This document shows, piece by piece, positions 17,256 through 20,000 of a stretch of 20,000 nt of DNA. This stretch comes from an uncultured virus (IMG/VR IMGVR_UViG_3300025723_000018) (taxonomy: Duplodnaviria; Heunggongvirae; Uroviricota; Caudoviricetes): the IMG/VR virus record IMGVR_UViG_3300025723_000018. The stretch is one strand, 5' to 3'. A program made the translations under genes and the position numbers. The notes under the pieces were generated by a model that did not search any database, was not told the origin of the DNA, and worked only from the letters and a program-made list of their open reading frames with translations. How positions within the stretch are numbered: the stretch's first letter is position 1; each line of letters begins with the position of its first letter.

Positions 17256-17260
17256 TTAGC

Positions 17261-18481
17261 ATGGCCTTCACTCCAAACTCTGAATTAAAATCTAATACAC
17301 CTATGGTGTTTAAAGATTGGCAACACGCTGCCGATCTGTTTAATGTTGATCAGTTTAGACTGGCTCCAAAAAGCAACTTCTTATTCCATGTGGCTTTTGG
17401 AATAAATCAAGGAGCATTACAAAATGCACAGTTAGTTCAACGCTATGGCCAAGAAATAAACATGTTGGTTAAGAATATCGATCTTCCAAGTTTTGGTATT
17501 CAAACAGAAGTTTTAAATCAGTATAACCGTAAAAAAGTAGTACAGTATCAAGCAAAGTATAACGAAATTGGTATCAAGTTCCATGACGATAATATGGGCT
17601 TGATTAATCAGCTGTGGCAAAATTACTTTACCTACTACTATGCAGATTCTAGAAGTGCTACTAAACCAGGAGCATTTGCTAGAAACGCTACTCAAGGATA
17701 TAGTAGTGCCATGCCAACTCCTTATGGATTTGATAACGGAAGCACACAGCCATTTTTTAACTATATTAAAATTTATCAAATGGCACGTCATGAATATGTT
17801 TGCTATCAATTATACAATCCTATAGTGACCAGTTGGAACTATAACAAAGTAGATTATAGTAATACAGGTGTACACGACTTTGATATGAAAATTATCTACG
17901 AAGCTGTTAGTTTCAGCGCAGGCGCTGTCGAAGCTGGTATGCCAGAAGGATTTGGCCTAACACACTATGATAGTAATCCAAGTTCACTAACTGGTACTAC
18001 TAGTGCAACCGCTGGCGGCCCAAGTTTTGTAAACTCCATAGATTCAAGTACTATAGCACCGGGCGTGTTACAAAATGCAATTAATACAGTTAATCAAAAT
18101 CAAAATTCAAGCGGTGGCATAGGAGTAGGCAACTTGGTTGCAGGAGCAGGTCTATTAACAGCAGGCATTGGCTTATTCAACGCTGTTGGCGGTTTGAGTG
18201 GTATAGGAAGTGCTATTAGTGGCGCGGCTAGTGCTGTAGGCGGAGCAATTAGTGGTGTTGCAGATACTTTATTCCCAGGTTCTAATAAAAACGCTACTGA
18301 TTCTAATAGTACTACAAATGACGCAAACACTACTCAATCATCAAGCGATAGTCCAGCACCAAGTAACGATCCTGAACAATCAAATCCAGGAAGTGCAAGT
18401 TCTGATGAAGCAGCTCCAGTAAATACTCAAGACGGTACAGGTACTCCAAGCAATCCGTCCGACGAAGAAAGCGGAACATAA
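17261..18481 (+). CDS. Tail-tube-like baseplate-tube junction protein (gp54/gp48-type) with a low-complexity C-terminal extension
   Basis: PKSNFLFHV.F...VKNIDLPSF...NQYNRK...I.IKFHDD...Y.LYNP.VTSW...M.IIYE parallels the tube fold of the preceding gene. Confidence 0.7.
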   Translation: MAFTPNSELKSNTPMVFKDWQHAADLFNVDQFRLAPKSNFLFHVAFGINQGALQNAQLVQRYGQEINMLVKNIDLPSFGIQTEVLNQYNRKKVVQYQAKYNEIGIKFHDDNMGLINQLWQNYFTYYYADSRSATKPGAFARNATQGYSSAMPTPYGFDNGSTQPFFNYIKIYQMARHEYVCYQLYNPIVTSWNYNKVDYSNTGVHDFDMKIIYEAVSFSAGAVEAGMPEGFGLTHYDSNPSSLTGTTSATAGGPSFVNSIDSSTIAPGVLQNAINTVNQNQNSSGGIGVGNLVAGAGLLTAGIGLFNAVGGLSGIGSAISGAASAVGGAISGVADTLFPGSNKNATDSNSTTNDANTTQSSSDSPAPSNDPEQSNPGSASSDEAAPVNTQDGTGTPSNPSDEESGT

Positions 18482-18482
18482 T

Positions 18483-18851
18483 ATGATAAGAACTAACTTA
18501 CCTCAACAACCACAAACTAACGTACAAAGTGTACGTACTTTCTTTGATAATTTTTTTACAAAGACAGTAAGTTTTCCAGCAGAGCAGATCGATGCTACAG
18601 TAGCTTTTTTTGCTAAAAGAGGATTTGATACTAATAGTGCAAACAGTATTGCTATTACATTATTAAATCAAGCTAGAAAAGAAAACGTTCCTGTTTTTTC
18701 TTTAATTGATAGTTTAAAAGGCTTAACTGATATTCAGTTAACACAAGTGGTAACACAGGTGTTAAATGCCAGTAGAGAAAAAACTAGTCTGCTAGGTTAT
18801 AGAATTGCACCAGCTACAGATAGTTTTGAATCGCGCAATATACTAGTGTAA
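18483..18851 (+). CDS. Hypothetical phage protein (122 aa)
   Basis: Clean ORF joined to both neighbours by TAA-T-ATG junctions. No motif was recognised. Confidence 0.7.
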   Translation: MIRTNLPQQPQTNVQSVRTFFDNFFTKTVSFPAEQIDATVAFFAKRGFDTNSANSIAITLLNQARKENVPVFSLIDSLKGLTDIQLTQVVTQVLNASREKTSLLGYRIAPATDSFESRNILV

Positions 18852-18852
18852 T

Positions 18853-19281
18853 ATGGCTAAATTTGCTCGTGGAAAATTCGTAATGAAGAACCCTGGGAAA
18901 TATGTAGGAACTAAAACTCCTACATACAGATCCAGCTGGGAACATACATTTATGAATTTCTGCGATACTAATCCTAGTATAATCAAATGGGCTAGCGAAG
19001 CTATACAAATCCCCTACAGAGATCCCCTAACTAACAGACAAACTGTTTATGTTCCAGATTTCTTTATACAATATGTAGATAAGAAAAATCATGTACTAGT
19101 TGAACTAATTGAAATTAAACCAGCTAGTCAAACAATATTAGAACGTGTGGGCAAGAACAAATACAATCAAGCACAGTTTGTTAAGAATCAAGCCAAATGG
19201 GCTGCGGCAACCCTTTGGTGCAGACAACAGGGCATAAAGTTCCGTATTCTTAACGAAAATGATATCTTCAGCAAGGTATAA
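18853..19281 (+). CDS. Head completion protein / TnsA-like PD-(D/E)xK nuclease (T4 gp4-like)
   Basis: GKF...NPGKYVG...YRSSWE..FM.FCD.NP.I..WASE.I.IPY...YVPDF...LIEIKP..QT...NQAKW.AA..WC...GIKFRILNE. Confidence 0.9.
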   Translation: MAKFARGKFVMKNPGKYVGTKTPTYRSSWEHTFMNFCDTNPSIIKWASEAIQIPYRDPLTNRQTVYVPDFFIQYVDKKNHVLVELIEIKPASQTILERVGKNKYNQAQFVKNQAKWAAATLWCRQQGIKFRILNENDIFSKV

Positions 19282-19282
19282 G

Positions 19283-19290
19283 CATAAGTA
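19283..19290 (+). promoter_or_regulatory. Variant late-promoter box CATAAGTA
   Basis: A TAAGTA variant of TAAATA ending 5 nt before the ATG at 19296. Confidence 0.4.
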
Positions 19291-19295
19291 ATGTT

Positions 19296-19509
19296 ATGAC
19301 AATATATCTTTATAAAAAGACTCATAATATTACAGGTTTACAATACCTAGGCAAAACTATATCTAAAGATCCATATTCTTACACAGGTTCAGGTGTAAGA
19401 TGGACTAATCATTTAAAAAAACATGGGTAAATGTGGCGCCAGCAATCGTGGAAAAACTTGAAAATTGTTAGACGGCAAAAGAATTTGGATAGAAAAGGAA
19501 TCGGCATGA
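19296..19509 (+). pseudogene. Internally deleted GIY-YIG (Seg-like) homing endonuclease remnant
   Basis: 19296-19430 encodes MTIYLYKKTHNITGLQYLGKTISKDPYSYTGSGVRWTNHLKKHG*, a GIY-YIG N-terminus. In the next frame, 19432-19509 reads CGASNRGKT*KLLDGKRIWIEKESA*, with an internal TGA at 19459-19461 and a final TGA overlapping the next ATG. Confidence 0.8.
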
Positions 19510-19988
19510 CAAAAAAGTTGGAGGAAATTCTCAACTTACCTGAAAGCAAGAAAATTGTTAAACAGGAAGAAAAGAATCAGTTAAAAGCCGAAATGGCCGC
19601 TCCATTTTTGCGGGACATTAATGAGTTTGATAAAATTTCTGCAGCTTTGCCCCAAGTCAAAGGACTGGGCGACGCAGGCGATTCTGAGTTAGATGAACTA
19701 GCACGTAAGGCTACAGAAGCATACGATGATATTATGGACTTGGGCATGAATGTAGAAGCACGTTATAGTGCTCGTATGTTTGAAGTTGCCGCTAGTATGC
19801 TCAAAAATGCCATAGATGCTAAGACAGCCAAATTAGACAAAAAATTAAAGATGATTGATCTACAGCTTAAAAAGCAAAAGTTAGATCAAGATGCAAACAG
19901 CGCAGACGAGGGTGTAACAATCCAAGGTGACGGAGTTATTATCACAGACCGTAACAGTCTGCTAGAAAAACTCAAGCAGATGAAATAA
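19506..19988 (+). CDS. Probable terminase small subunit (gp16-like) or conserved helical packaging-region protein, 160 aa
   Basis: SD AAGGA at 19495-19499 and an ATGA overlap support a start at 19506 (MTKKLEEILNLP) rather than 19431. The helical core (ARMFEVAASMLKNAIDAK..KL..KLKMIDLQLKK) and DRNSLL tail resemble T4-like small terminases. It lies next to the gp4-like gene. Confidence 0.55.
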   Translation: MTKKLEEILNLPESKKIVKQEEKNQLKAEMAAPFLRDINEFDKISAALPQVKGLGDAGDSELDELARKATEAYDDIMDLGMNVEARYSARMFEVAASMLKNAIDAKTAKLDKKLKMIDLQLKKQKLDQDANSADEGVTIQGDGVIITDRNSLLEKLKQMK

Positions 19989-19991
19989 ATA
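19984..19991 (+). promoter_or_regulatory. Late-promoter box AATAAATA for the next gene (outside the window)
   Basis: The TAAATA core overlaps the stop codon, the same arrangement as at 2277 and 6318. Confidence 0.5.
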
Positions 19992-20000
19992 CAGTACTGG

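Noticed and set aside
1164..18330. Other short alternative-frame or antisense ORFs in the track (1164, 1270, 1693, 3295, 3897, 7829, 9442, 11534, 12904, 13126, 13192, 13859, 14153, 17513, 17640, 18100)
   Set aside because: They lie within or largely overlap well-supported genes and have no motifs or RBS. They are expected shadows of biased codon usage.
18814..19008. 64-aa - strand ORF
   Set aside because: It is antisense to the clearly conserved gp4-like gene and has no recognisable features.
19459..19461. Possible TGA=Trp recoding (alternative genetic code)
   Set aside because: The long genes are fully open in the standard code with Trp as TGG, and the TGA at 19507 forms a typical ATGA stop/start overlap. 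A nonsense mutation in a pseudogene is the simpler explanation.
19431..19505. N-terminal 25 aa of the 185-aa ORF as called by the track
   Set aside because: This stretch is the out-of-frame endonuclease remnant. The SD supports the ATG at 19506.
1..20000. CRISPR arrays, tRNA or rRNA genes
   Set aside because: Intergenic gaps are all short (at most ~115 bp apart from the pseudogene) and show no repeat-spacer pattern or cloverleaf.

Overview
The window is a virion-morphogenesis region of a large T4-like (contractile-tailed) dsDNA phage, read with the standard genetic code. The + strand order is: the 3' part of a large Thr/Ser/Gly-rich fibre-like structural gene that starts before the window; a 124-aa companion protein; two large modular fibre/decoration proteins (1210 aa and 1735 aa, built from glycine-rich repeats, LamG-like, CBM-like and SPRY-like modules); a 66-aa putative fibre chaperone; a T4 gp1-like dNMP kinase; an unusually long tail sheath (1222 aa); a tail tube; an intrinsic terminator; a second tube-like (gp54/gp48-type) protein; a hypothetical protein; a gp4-like head-completion nuclease; an internally deleted GIY-YIG homing-endonuclease remnant missed by the ORF track; and a probable small terminase subunit whose true start is likely 19506. 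One Cys-rich HNH-like gene lies on the - strand and overlaps the kinase 3' end. The most notable signals are regulatory. (1) Hairpins sequester Shine-Dalgarno sequences at three gene junctions and are tied to upstream stop codons or internal promoters. (2) T4-late-type TAAATA boxes sit 4-5 nt before SD-less ATGs, suggesting leaderless mRNAs. (3) A sigma70-driven kinase faces a late-promoter antisense HNH gene. The fibre genes also show nested domain insertions. All family assignments come from motif recognition by eye; no database search was run.
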